Shown: piece by piece, positions 46,934-59,212 of the stretch
How positions within the stretch are numbered: the stretch's first letter is position 1
How the letters are laid out: every line of letters starts with the position of its first letter
Origin: Macrostomum hystrix
Taxonomy: Eukaryota; Animalia; Platyhelminthes
DNA length: 64,000 bases
NCBI GenBank assembly: GCA_950097015.1
Contig: CATNEN010000038.1
Span: 14,322,001-14,386,000 of the forward strand
Direction of reading: 5' to 3'
Made by a program: the position numbers and the translations under genes
Notes under the pieces: generated by a model
What the model saw: the letters and a program-made list of their open reading frames with translations, nothing else
The model's database searches: none
What the model was told of the DNA's origin: nothing

Positions 46934-47590
46934 CCCACTATTACTAACGATGGTGCTCATTTAAAAAAAGCGTTGAAAGTAGAAAGATTATACGCTTACT
47001 TTTCCCCTAGGGGAAAAACAATTCACGATAGCTCCGAAACCGAATGCCCGATTTTCGTAAAAGTCCACCATTTGAGTAAAAAATGACCACCAACTTTCAA
47101 AGCCGTCCGAGTCAGCATCGTCGAGACATTCGGCGATTCTCATGTCGAAGACCCATGCAGGTGACAAGGACAGCTAAAATTGCTTTGTACGAGCTAAACA
47201 ATATAATCCAAAATAGTAAAAAACTAGTACACTAAGCCCCTTTGGGCATTGAATGTAGTTGAATTATACTCATGTACTTCTGTAGCTTTAGCTTATCACA
47301 CACAAGATTATTTTCGAAACTGTTTAAATTGGCTAGTTTTAGCAGCACACCTTCTCCAACCTTTGTGTCGCGGTGGTCAATCTAGTACAGTGCTTGCACA
47401 AAGCAGAGTGTTATGCACATTTTACTGAGTACAATTGTGCATGCGATAGCTGACTGTGTATTCACTGCTCTCCGACTCACATATAGCACTATCGCTGTCA
47501 AATGTTTGCATATAACTTACAGAAGGTAGAACGAAGCGCACTGACTGCGACTTACAGCTGGCGCTGTGTTTTTAAGCAAATTGTCCAGTT

Positions 47591-49618
47591 ATGAAGTTTA
47601 AGCACCTGGCCCTCGGTCTGGCAGTGGCGGCTGCTGTCGCAGCTGCTCTTGTGGCCCGCAGCGGCCTACTGCAGGACATCCTGGACACTCCCCTGCCAGA
47701 TGGCATTGAAGATCCCGAGCCTCTGCGTCGCGTGGTGCGCACCTTCAACTTTGTGTTCTACACTGGCGCGGCCACCTGGACTCTGGGAGCCACTCGGCTG
47801 GTGTTTGAGCCCGTCAAGCTGCTGGCGCGAATCATCAGAGCTGGCAACGCAGCAGTCAGCTTCCCGGGTCTGGATTCGCGTGTGCTCACGCTTGCCAGGG
47901 TGAGTAATGAGTCTGCGTCAGCTGAAGTGAGCCAAGCCCCTTCCGCTGATTCCTGAACAATTCCCGGGCGCCTGAGCCCCTCTTTCTGCGGCGGCGACTC
48001 AAATGAATGTGGTCTCGAGAAGTACGAGAGGTAGACAGTTTAACCGCTCTGCCACTTGAATCCCGTGCTCAAATAAAACTATAAAAAAATAAATCATTTA
48101 CTTCCTAGTCCGACGGGTCGCAGCTCTCGGTGAAGGTCGACAGTCCGAGCCGGCGGCAGTCGGAGAAGACGACGCCGGCGATTATCTTTCTGCACGGCGG
48201 CGGCTACGTGCTGAACAGCCCGGCCGAGTACAGCTACCTCACCGGCAACCTGTCCTCCAGCCTCGGCCTGCCTGTTTTCTCACCGGACTATCGCAAGAGT
48301 CCAGCCTGGACTCATCCGGCGGCGTTAGACGACGCTTTGGCCACGCTGCGTCACGTGCGAGACAATGCCGAGGCCTACGGTATCGATCCGACGCGAATCC
48401 TGCTTGGCGGAGACAGCGCCGGCGCCCACCTTAGCATCGGCGTCACCCTTCGACTTCTGGAAGCCGGCGAAGCGACTCCGGCGGCACTGCTGCTTATCTA
48501 CCCGGCTACTCAGCTGCTCACCTTCTGCTTATCCAGCCACCTGGAGAACAGACGGGACGTTTTCTTGTCCGAGTCGACGGCTAGCGCATTCCGACTGGCC
48601 TATCTGGTTGGTGACACGGCCGATGTGCCAGTTTGGAAGGCCAGCAATCACAGCAACCCGGCAGTCAGGTAGGTGCCTGGCAAAAATCGTATCATTTGCT
48701 TTTACAAGCACCTTCCTGACAAGTAAGCAACTTCCTGACAAGTGCATGAGCACCTTCCTGACAAGCAAGCATCTTCCTGACAAGTGCATGAGCAAAGCGT
48801 TTGCGGCCTCTGCTTTGGGAATAACCCCTAATTCTTTGGATAATTGACCATTGACATAAAATCACATGCACACAGCAATCATTTCATTTCCTGCATCTTC
48901 CTGACAAGCCAGCATCTTCCTGACAAGTGCATGAGCACCTTACTGACAAGCAAGCATCTTCTTGACAAGTGCATGAGCATCTTCCTGACAAGTGCATGAG
49001 CATCTTCCTGACAAGTGAGAATCTTCTTGACACGTTCCTGACACTCGAGGTGGTGAGTGGCAATGCGGTCAAAGCGTCCCTGAGCTCCATTCCGCGGGGC
49101 CAAATCATGACGCACAGAAAAGGTCATTATGTGACAGTTGTGCTAGATGCATGCAGGCTGAAGCCGGGCTAGTTACTGATCACCTGCCTCAATTCAGATC
49201 GGAATACGCCAAGAAGTTCCAGCTGCCCGAGCTGTCTAGGGAATGCCCCGAAGAGACTGGCAGCGGCCTGGGCCTCGATTGGGCCATCGATCGGTATCGA
49301 TTCGCTTACACAGATTTCCAACTGTCGCCCCTATTCGCCCCGGACGAATTGTTGGCCAAATTTCCGCCAAGCTTTCTTCAGACCTGCCAGTTTGACGTCC
49401 TGCGAGACGAGGGTCGGCTATTTCACGACCGGCTGGTGCGGGCCAGCAGCCGCGATGGCAGGCACTCCGCCGACCATCGGCATCGCATGTACGCATCTGT
49501 GCACGGCATGTACGGCTTCCTAAGAGCCGGTCACGCACCGGCTGTGGCCGCCATGGACGAGGCCAAAGCGTTTGCGGCCTCTGCTTTGGGAATAACCCCT
49601 AATTCTGTGGATAATTGA
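47591..49618 (+). CDS. Arylacetamide deacetylase/NCEH1-like HSL-family esterase. Exons 47591-47899, 48109-48668, 49198-49618
   Basis: N-terminal hydrophobic anchor, HGGG oxyanion motif, DYRKSP, GDSAG, FDVLRDEG, HG; phases consistent. Confidence 0.92.
47975..48055 (-). mobile_element. SINE family A fragment in esterase intron 1
   Basis: AAATGAATGTGG...CGAGAGG...TTAACCGCTCTGCCAC matches the family head. Confidence 0.6.
48705..49042. repeat. 19-23-bp minisatellite (GCATCTTCCTGACAAGTGCATGA) in esterase intron 2, interrupted by a copy of the gene's own 3' end
   Basis: Repeated CTTCCTGACAAG words on both sides of 48794-48883. Confidence 0.85.
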
Positions 49619-49789
49619 CCATTGACATAAAATCACATGCACACAGCAATCATTGCAATGTCACCCACATTTATTAATATAATGAAGAACAGTAGCATGC
49701 AGACACAACAAACATAAGATAATAAGTAGCCACCTGTAAGAGAATAATAAAAAACTAATGTTTCGACTGGTTCGTCAGATGAAAGTTAA

Positions 49790-50398
49790 AGGAGAGACAC
49801 AATAGAGACAGGGGAGAGAGGAGACAGGGAGAGATGAGACAGGGGAGAGATGAGACAGGGGAGAGAAGAGACAGGGGAGAGAGTTGACAGGGGAGAAGAG
49901 AAGACAGGGGAGAGATGAGACAGGGAGAGATGAGACAGGGGAGAGAAGAGACAGGGGGGAGAGGAGACAGGGGAGAAGAGAAGACAGGGGAGAGATGAGA
50001 CAGGGGAGAGAGGAGACAGGGGGGAGAGGAGACAGGGGAGAGATGAGACAGGGGAGAGAAGAGACAGGGGAGAGAGGAGACGGGAGAGAGGAGACAGGGG
50101 AGAGAGGAGACAGGGGAGAAGAGACAGGGGAGAGAAGAGACAGGGGAGAGAAGAGACAGGGGAGAGAAGAGACAGGGGAGAGAGTTGACAGGGGACAAGA
50201 GAAGACAGGGGAGAGATGAGACAGGGAGAGATGAGACAGGGGAGAGAGGAGACAGGGGGGAGAGGAGACAGGGGAGAAGAGAAGACAGGGGAGAGATGAG
50301 ACGGGAGAGAGGAGACAGGGGAGAGAGGAGACAGGGGAGAAGAGAAGACAGGGGAGAGATGAGACAGGGGAGAGAGGAGACAGGGGGAGAGAGGAGAG
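49790..50398. repeat. About 16-bp GA-rich minisatellite (GAGACAGGGGAGAGAT)
   Basis: Direct periodicity; its reverse complement is nearly the unit at 5178-5730. Confidence 0.95.
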
Positions 50399-51494
50399 AA
50401 ACGAATTGGCAGTGGCACGGGCAAGTGGCTGGAGTTTTTTAGATAAGAGTAAATCATTAAAGCTCATCAATGGTAAAATTAATTTATTTAAAAAATGAAT
50501 TCGAGTCAGTCTGTTCAAAGTTTGACTTTGTGCAACAGAAAACGCAGTTTTCGTTTAGCTAAAAAATGAAAATTAACTTTGAACTGAAAAGTGTTTTTAT
50601 ATATTAGTTGCCCACATGCAAAAGCTGTATGCGTTCTGTTAGCATATAAAGGTAACTGAATGCTAAAGATAAGAAAACAGCGGGTGAATTGTGCAGGTAG
50701 TAAACAAGTAGAATCTGGAATGATCATTTATTAATTAATAACTCATGCCTTGGATACAGATATGTAAGAATAAAGTATTACTACATGTAAGCCTTTAAAA
50801 AAAACCAAGGTGGCTACTAAAAAGTAGGATGTAAAATATTTTTTCAATGCAAAAAGATTTTGCTGACAAAAGCGTCTATAAATAGAGTAACAACAACTAA
50901 TTAATGTGCAATTTGACATTGGGTACATAAGAAGACACTATTCTCCTGTTTCTCCTTGACTAAATGGTTTTGTTAGATTAAAAATGTAGGCAACAAGCTT
51001 AGGCATGAAAACAAACACAAATATTGATAGATAAAAAGTGTTGAGATTCTAGCTCTTTTGAAAATAGTGACAGGGTAATTTATTGCGTATGCTGAGATTA
51101 ACAAATGAACAAGAGTAAAACAAAAAAAGCCGCTTAAAGAGATAGAGCGAAAAAGACACCAGACTATTAAAAAAAAAGATACGAAAAATACTGACGCTTT
51201 AGACAGGAAAAAAACAAAGCCACAGCAAGTTAAAAACTACCCTGTTAATAGTGGAGATTGGAAGAAATGATAAGTTATTCAAGTTTCATTGCAGACAGCT
51301 TCCGTGTGGAAAATGTTAACATTGTGCAATGTTACATAACTACAATATATATATAAGTAAAGAATAACTACTGATACTAGTTGCTAATTGAGTGTTTTGT
51401 TGCTCCGTGTACTGAAAAAATATCAACTGAATGCTATCGCACAATTAAGACTAATGTAACATGTGTGTTTTTTATAATATGACGCGGCTCCGGA

Positions 51495-52150
51495 TGTGGG
51501 AATCCTTTATCTAGGAATTTCGTTTTACAGTAAGAATGGAGAATCCCGGGTACTGGGAATTCGCACACGGAATAAGTAGGAGGGAATCCTTTATCTAGGA
51601 ATTCCGTTTTACAGCTAGAATGGAGAATCCCGGGAAATGGGAATTCCTAAACGGAATAAGTAAGAGGGAATCCTTCGTCTAGGAATTCCCTTTTAGAGTT
51701 AGAATGGGGAGTCAAGGGATCTGGGAATGTAATAAGTAAGGGAGAATCCTTTATCTAGGAAATCCGTTTTAGAGTTAGAATGGAGAATCCCGAGAACTGG
51801 GAATTCTTAAACGGGTAAGTAAGAGGGAATCCTTTGACAGGGAATTTCCGATCTGAGTAAGAATCGGGACTCCCATTTCGCGGAATTCCTAAAAGGAATA
51901 AGTAAGGGGAACCCTTTTTATAGGGATTTGCAATCTGATCAAAAATGGGGAATCCTGAGTCGCGGAATTCCTAAAACAGAATAAGAAAGAAGGGAATCAG
52001 TCTTCCAAATATGAGTTATTCAGTAAGGAGAATCGCGTGTCTGGGAAATCCTAGTGGGAAAAAGTACCAGGGAATTCTCAGATAGAGTAAGTAATAATAA
52101 TAAGTTGATCCTGTGTTTTCCCAGGCAGGGTAATTCCCGATTGGGAAATC
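51495..52150. repeat. Degenerate about 84-bp tandem repeat rich in GGAAT(T)CC
   Basis: GGGAATCCTTTATCTAGGAATTC...AGAATGGAGAATCCCG...GGAATAAGTA recurs at about 51498, 51582, 51666, 51742 and 51825. Confidence 0.8.
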
Positions 52151-52320
52151 GAAACCCCAAATCCTGGATTAAAGATATTCTTGAAATGTGATTCAATAAC
52201 GAACTGCAAAAAATGTTATTATCAATCCTAAAAACCTTGCGAAACTCGTATTAAGTCAATAAAATCAAAGTCGCCAAAAATGACGCATTGTACTCTGGCC
52301 AAAGGCACTAAACTGTAGCG

Positions 52321-55300
52321 TTACACGGCCGAGACATAATTGGCCGGGAGCATACCAAACTGGCCCGTCCGCTCCACCCGGCCGTACATCCAGCCCTCGT
52401 CAATCGGATCGCCATTAGTGATAATGTCCCCCTCGTTGAATGAAACCTCGTCCGAGTCGTTGGCAGCGTAGGCGTAGAGCGCGCGGTAGCAGCGCTGCAG
52501 TTGGCGGAGGTGGGGTGGCTGCCAATGACATCATTGGGCATTCGCAAAAATATCGATCGATGATTAAAAACCTAACAGGCTTACACCACGATCTGAAGCA
52601 ACAGCGGGTTTAGACTGCTGCTGCGGCTGCGGCTGCTGATACTGAGGTTGCTGCTGGTACTGAGGCTGCTGCTGGTACTGAGGCTGCTGCTGGTACTGAG
52701 GTTGCTGCTGGTACTGAGGTTGCTGCTGGTACTGTGGCTGCTGCTGTCTCTGCTGCTGATACTGTTGATACTGCGGCAACTGCTGCTGCTGAGGCTCCTG
52801 AGGCTGTCTCATTTGAGCCACTGGCTGCTGCTGCTGGCGCCTTTCTGCAGCCGAAGTGTAGGACACCTGAATTTAGTCAAGGTAGAATTTCGAATTAATC
52901 AAAAATAACTCTCACGTTTTAACAAAACGCGGCTTGATCAACTGAGGACCATACAGCGGCTTGATCAACTGAGGACCATACAGCGGCTTGATCAACTGAG
53001 GACCATACAGCGGCTTGATCAACTGAGGACCATACAGCGGCTTGATCAACTGAGGACCATACAGCGGCTTGATCAACTCAGGACCATACAGCGGCTTGAT
53101 CAACTGAGGACCATACAGCGGCTTGATCAACTGAGGACCAAATAGCGGAGGACCATTGGGGCCCAATAAGCGGAGGACCATAGCAGCCTAAAGAGCGGAG
53201 GACCATTGGGGCCAAATAAGCGAAGGACCATTGGGGCCAAATAAGCGGAGGACCATTGGGGCCAAATAAGCGAAGGACCATTGGGGCCAAATAAGCGGAG
53301 GACCATTGGGGCCAAATAAGCGAAGGACCATTGGGGCCAAATAAGCGGAGGACCATTGGGGCCCAATAAGCGGAGGACCATTGGGGCCCAATAAGCGGAG
53401 GACCATTGGGGCCCAATAAGCGGAGGACCATTGGGGCCCAATAAGCGGAGGACCATTGGGGCCCAATAAGCGAAGGACTATGGGGGCCAAATAAGTGGAG
53501 GACCATTGGGGCCCAATAAGCGGAGGACCATAGCAGCCTAAAGAGCGGAGGACCATTGGGGCCAAATAAGCGAAGGACCATTGGGGCCAAATAAGCGGAG
53601 GACCATTGGGGCCAAATAAGCGAAGGACCATTGGGGCCAAATAAGCGGAGGACCATTGGGGCCAAATAAGCGAAGGACCATTGGGGCCCAATAAGCGGAG
53701 GACCATTGGGGCCCAATAAGCGAAGGACTATGGGGGCCAAATAAGTGGAGGACCATTGGGGCCCAATAAGCGGAGGACCATTGGGGCCCAATAAGCGGAG
53801 GACCATTGGGGCCCAATAAGCGGAGGACCATTGGGGCCCAATAAGCGGAGGACCATTGGGGCCCAATAAGCGGAGGACCATTGGGGCCCAATAAGCGGAG
53901 GACCATTGGGGCCCAATAAGCGGAGGACCATTGGGGCCCAATAAGCGGAGGACCATTGGGGCCCAATAAGCGGAGGACCATTGGGGCCCAATAAGCGGAG
54001 GACCATTGGGGCCCAATAAGCGGAGGACCATTGGGGCCCAATAAGCGGAGGACCATTGGGGCCCAATAAGCGGAGGACCATTGGGGCCCAATAAGCGGAG
54101 GACCATTGGGGCCAAATAAGCGGAGGACCATTGGGGCCCAATAAGCGGAGGACCATTGAGGCGAAATAAGCGGAGGACCATAGCGGCCCCATAAGCGGAG
54201 GACCATAGCAGCCTAAAGAGTGGAGGACCAACCATAGCTCGTGAATAAGAGAACGGAGGAAGATCTTTAAGAATTGATATTCAATCGAATCAACTCACGC
54301 CTCCAATGTTGTGAGGATTAAAACCGCTCGAGCCGACTACACCAACAGGTGCCTGCTGCTGATCCCAACCGTCAGCCGGGTTGCCAGCCTCCGAGGCTTT
54401 GGCACCGCGAGTCTTCTCAAAGTCTTCGTGATATTTCACCTGGGTGTTTTGTTAATTTAAACAAAATTGTCATTTTTATTGCCAATAAATTGTGGGAAAT
54501 CTATAAAAAAATAGGGACGACTCACTGAAATTCGAAAAAAGCCTGCTTAAAACAACTCACATTTGAAACAACCTGTGCATTCTGGCGATGCCGCAGACTC
54601 TCTGGATCGTCTGTGACAGCCGTGTAGCGGCCCTTTGCCTTCTCGAAGTCGCTGTGATACTGAACCTGAGTCAGAAATAATTCGCGGGCAATAAAGTGCA
54701 TGAATAATAGAATTAATCCAAGTAGCTAAAGCAACCTTGACCAATAGGAGTCAAGTAAAGCGATTGTCAGCTTACATTGCTAAGAACAGCTGTGTTCTGT
54801 TTAACACGCTGCATTTCCTGGTTGTCACTGACAAACGTGTAGCTCTTTGGCTGTGGATAGTGGCTGTAAAATAAGAAAAAATAAAACTAACATAGATCAT
54901 AATTGGAAATAATACAGTTTGTCAATCACAGTTTGTACAATAAAATGCACTCACGCTCCACAGTATGGCTTCTTTTCAAAGCCTTTGTAGTTCTTCATGC
55001 TTAGTGTCATGTTGCAAACCAGGCATTTGAAACAGCCTTTGTGCCAAACCTAGATTGGGTGGTATCAGGGAATATGTTTGAAGTTTAAACAGATTTTAAA
55101 CACTATTTAATCTGATTAATTGTGTAATGAAATGTGGTTAAACTAATACATGTCCTACATGTTACCAACTAGCAATTTCAACATTTTGAGACATTATAAG
55201 ATTTCATATAAATAATTAAGTACTGTCCTTTGGTTTTTTGTCAAAATGAAGATGACATAAACTACTAAATATTAAAAGTATTATTAATATTAAAAATATT

Positions 55301-56088
55301 AATAATTTAATACTGAGATACATTTTATCTTCTGGAAGTAAATCAAGTGTTATTTAGTTGTCATAAATAGTCTGAAGCAAATCAGACTATCAAAGATAAT
55401 TACACAAACACTGACTTTCAAAATAAAGTATATTCTTCATAGAAGCGATAGACACTTTAAAACAAATAATTTGTTATTGCGCTATCGGGTGTTGTGCATG
55501 TATGATTAAAAACATGTATGAACAGTAACAAGTGGAAAATGTAATCAATAGGCCTACACATCTATATGTAAGAAAGTTTGTTACAACAAAAAGTTACCTA
55601 TAGTTTATGAATTTACTTTATTGTACAACAGCATTGTACAGTTGCAACAAAAGTTGTACTAATAAATAACTTGTTTCTTACTCTATCCAAGCTTTTTCAG
55701 TATTTAGGCCCTAATTTATGCCAGAATATGCCAGTTTTTATGCATTGACAACTTATGCCGACTATGCCAATATTATTTTAGCATCTTAATTATATGCCAG
55801 AGATTTCTGGTGCAAAACAACATGATCTTGACTATGGGCCGCAGCCTTCCATGTCTGAAATTACTCCATAATTTACTATTAACAGGGGTTTAATAATAGT
55901 GCTAGATACGCTTATTAATAGTTAAAAAAGAAATACTTGCAGTTGTAATAAGTGAATGCAATATTCATAACTAGAGAGTGTTTAAACTATTGGAGACGAG
56001 AGTAAAAACATTCACTAACCTGGTCCAAGCATTTTAGTTGTTCAATTGGGTATACAACTTTGTCACATCCTGCACACTTCTTATCCAT
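52321..56088 (-). CDS. LASP1: LASP (LIM + nebulin repeats + SH3). Exons 56088-56020, 55049-54955, 54863-54776, 54665-54561, 54439-54299, 52866-52585, 52494-52321
   Basis: [23 protein letters not shown]|[30 protein letters not shown]; nebulin repeats SN|VQYHSDFEK and SN|VKYHEDFEK; SH3 [21 protein letters not shown]...GWMYG...GMLPANYV*; all introns in phase. Confidence 0.96.
52925..54235. repeat. Compound intronic minisatellite: 27-bp unit (CAGCGGCTTGATCAACTGAGGACCATA) x about 8, then 25-bp unit (ATAAGCGGAGGACCATTGGGGCCCA) x about 43
   Basis: Direct periodicity; fills almost all of LASP intron 5 (52867-54298). Confidence 0.96.
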
Positions 56089-57024
56089 ATTGATATAAAA
56101 AAAATTATAAAGTGAAAGAAATATCTATACTGAATATCTATAGCTAATATCAGGGTTTAATCGGAACTATATTTCGATTTCAAATCGTCCAGCCCCACAA
56201 AACAATAGATGCGATATTTGACAATTGACCAGAAACAAGAAGAAAATTAGTTCAAACAGATGTTGTTTAATTAAGAACAGAGCCTTATAATTCGGATGAA
56301 TTTGATTTCGAATTTATAACTAGTAAACTAGTCGCAGAAACCACGTGAACCAAATGAAATAACTTCCAAGTCACTTGAGGAGACCGCCGAACGATTTAAT
56401 TAAGTATGTGGATCAAAGCCCCGCCCAATTCTAAGAAGTGCAAACCGTAAAACAAATGTCCCTTGACACGTGAAGACGGTTTATTAGTTTTGTCTATGGT
56501 CAACTATGCCGAAACATCCGAGTAAAAATATTAGAGATTTGGTGTATGCAATATATATTACAATGGCATACAAACTTTCACTATTTAGAAACTGGAGAAC
56601 TTTTGCTAATAAATCATGCACACATATAAAGAGCCGGCTATGCATGGTATGTTGATTATGGCGTTTGGGGTTTCGAGCTTTGCACGAACTTCTGAGTGAA
56701 GTTTGGAGCTCGGATCTCAGAACAACGGAAACTGCACGAGCTTCACGCATTCATTCTGTTGTTTATTGCTAGATTAACAAATCAAACTTTCTGAGAAAAG
56801 CCGATGGGGCTGCAGAGGAGATTAACTAGAAGCAAAAGCTGCTTGCTCATCATATCTGATTCGAGGCTGTCCTAAAAGTTAGATAAGTAAAAGAAAAGTA
56901 GCTAAATCTGAAATTATCAGTAAGTTTTTTGTTAATAGCAAAAAACAAAACAAAGAAACTAATTGCATGCAGATGTGTAACTTTTTGTCGCCGAGAGCGT
57001 TAAATTACCGAATAAACGAATGCA

Positions 57025-57710
57025 GTCAATTCGAATGCCATTGCTTAAAGCATGAGGCGGCGAAGTTGAGCAGGTAAAAATGTCGTTTTAGTGATGCCGC
57101 TTCGTCAACTTCGATGAGCGCGGCTGCGATTCAGTTAAAGCAATTCTTTTCGGGCAGTGCTGATCAGAAGCCGCCCCAATGGGTACTGCACCGTTGGTAG
57201 CGCGCATTCGACCTCTGCCAGTCGATTCTAGCGGGATGCTAATTCTTCTGCACAAAAGAGCTAAGAATGGGTTCTACAATTCGACCAGATTCGAACAGCA
57301 GCTTGTGGAACCACTCGTACGCGTCGATTGATAGCCTTCTTGCTGGTACATGTACTGCTTCATTTAGCACCAATACTCTTGAACAGAACTAAAGGTCTCA
57401 TCAATACTGACCTCCACCGCTTCTTCAGCATTGCCAAGAACCTCAAGCCCAGGATTTAATCCCGGAGTTCCTCGGAATAGCGGGGGCTCTGGACGGTCGT
57501 CCTGCTCGGGAAGCACTTCTTCCCACTCATCCCAACTCTGTGATGAGTCCACAGCTGTTGCAAAAGAAGCATTATTATCGTCACTAACCTCTTTATTACT
57601 GAAAGAACTTCCCCGAAGATAAGCTGCAGGTATCTGAGTCGCTATCCAGTCCAAGACGCCGGCGTATTTCAACAGCAGCCCTTCTTCTTTGTGGTTTGCT
57701 TCATTCAACC
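57025..57710 (-). pseudogene. Highly deleted piggyBac-like transposase relic
   Basis: Acidic N-terminal stretch and PPLFRGTPG, then VSIDE...KQYM (cf. piggyBac xSxDE..KQY), and a CFKQWH-like C-terminus at about 57035-57055; broken frames, no matched TIR pair found. Confidence 0.45.
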
Positions 57711-57967
57711 ATGCAAGAAAAAATACAAATAGGAAACAGCGAGAGGCTAGAAGCCAAGGCTTGTTCAGTTTTCTCTCTGCCAGTCTCTACCGTTTATGGG
57801 ACATAGACAGCTCCTCCGAGTCGCCAGTAGTAAATCAAGTGACCATGGCGAGTAGACTGGGGTGTTAAAATCGAAAGGGCCAAAACAGTCTATGGCCTCT
57901 CTCTGCAGCCAGCGGTTTTTCAGAGTGAATGGAATATAAAAGTGATAGAGTGTTGTAAACCATGAAG

Positions 57968-58215
57968 TGTGGTTAGACTCAAAGGTCGGAAGTTCGTTCT
58001 CGACTCCACTGAAACAATTTGTGTCCTTTAACAAGACAGTCAACTCTGCATTGTCTTAGCTCCACCCAGTTGCTGAATGGGTACCAGCATCAGCTTGGGT
58101 AATTAAGGGTGGGTGTGGCATCTAACTCCCAGTCCATGGAATGAAAACTAGCTTTCAGATGCGCGGCTGTCGTGTCTAGGGCCCAATTAGAGCAGGTGTT
58201 ATCAACAACAATAAC
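57968..58215 (+). mobile_element. SINE family B copy with CORE-like central domain
   Basis: TGTGTCCTTTAACAAGACAGTCAACTCTGCATTGTCTTAGCTCCACCCAG..AATGGGTACC resembles the CORE-SINE domain; shared 3' block; (CAA)n-type tail. Confidence 0.75.
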
Positions 58216-59212
58216 TGTAATAATACGAGCGTAAAAATGCTTAAATGATAAAAGAAAGTAAACTCGGAGGCAATTTTTTCCATTTTAATTGTATTTTGAA
58301 GGCCAGTTTACATTAATCATTAATTTTTCTTGATCAGTAAATATACTTTCAATAAGGAAATTTCTAAATTATGTGAGCGAATTTCGTGCAATATATACTT
58401 TTACGATTGACAAAGTGTAATCAATACATTACCATCGACTCATTTTATGTTAGCGAGTGACATAAACTTGAGTTCATGCCAGCAATCAGCTCTAATGATT
58501 GTGTAAATTAAGGAAGTAAAAATGGTTTTATAAGCAGTTTTAAACCAGTAAAACAATAACTGAAGTGACAAATGACCTCTATTAGTGCAATAAAATACAG
58601 TGGTTAAAAATTAAAAGTCTAGTGGAAGATAGAAAGCTACAGTAAGCAACTTACATAAAGATAATATTAGAATCACAAATTCTCAGGCACGTTTGCTGCA
58701 TTAGCCAACTCGAAAGATAAAGTACAACAAAAGTATATTTTCGCCGATAAAATAAAACAAATATATATTTGTTTTACCGATATGAAAATTCAATTTTAAA
58801 TCACAAATTCCAATCCAATGATTTTATGCAACATTATTAATAAAATTACGCGTTTTCCGGGTTAAAAGCAATGGTTATGGTTTACTTAATGAAATGAATT
58901 CAGGTCTACTGTCTTGTCTTGTAGGGATTTCAATGCCTCGAGTGAGAGCTTAGACGTCAAGCTAATTTTAATTATTGAATGAGTTAAATTATCATTATAG
59001 GCATATAAGAGAGAACTGTTTAAAATAGAAATAACTAGTAAAAATGATTTCAGTTTTTCTAATTCGTTATCTTACGAATTTCTGTAAGAACGTTCTAGCA
59101 TGTAATAAAAATTTTCCGAAACCAACTGAATGGTTTTGATAGATATAAGCTAGGGTTAGTTCAATGAAACCTGGTTAAATTAATTTTTTTCCACTAAGCA
59201 GTGATGAAAATT

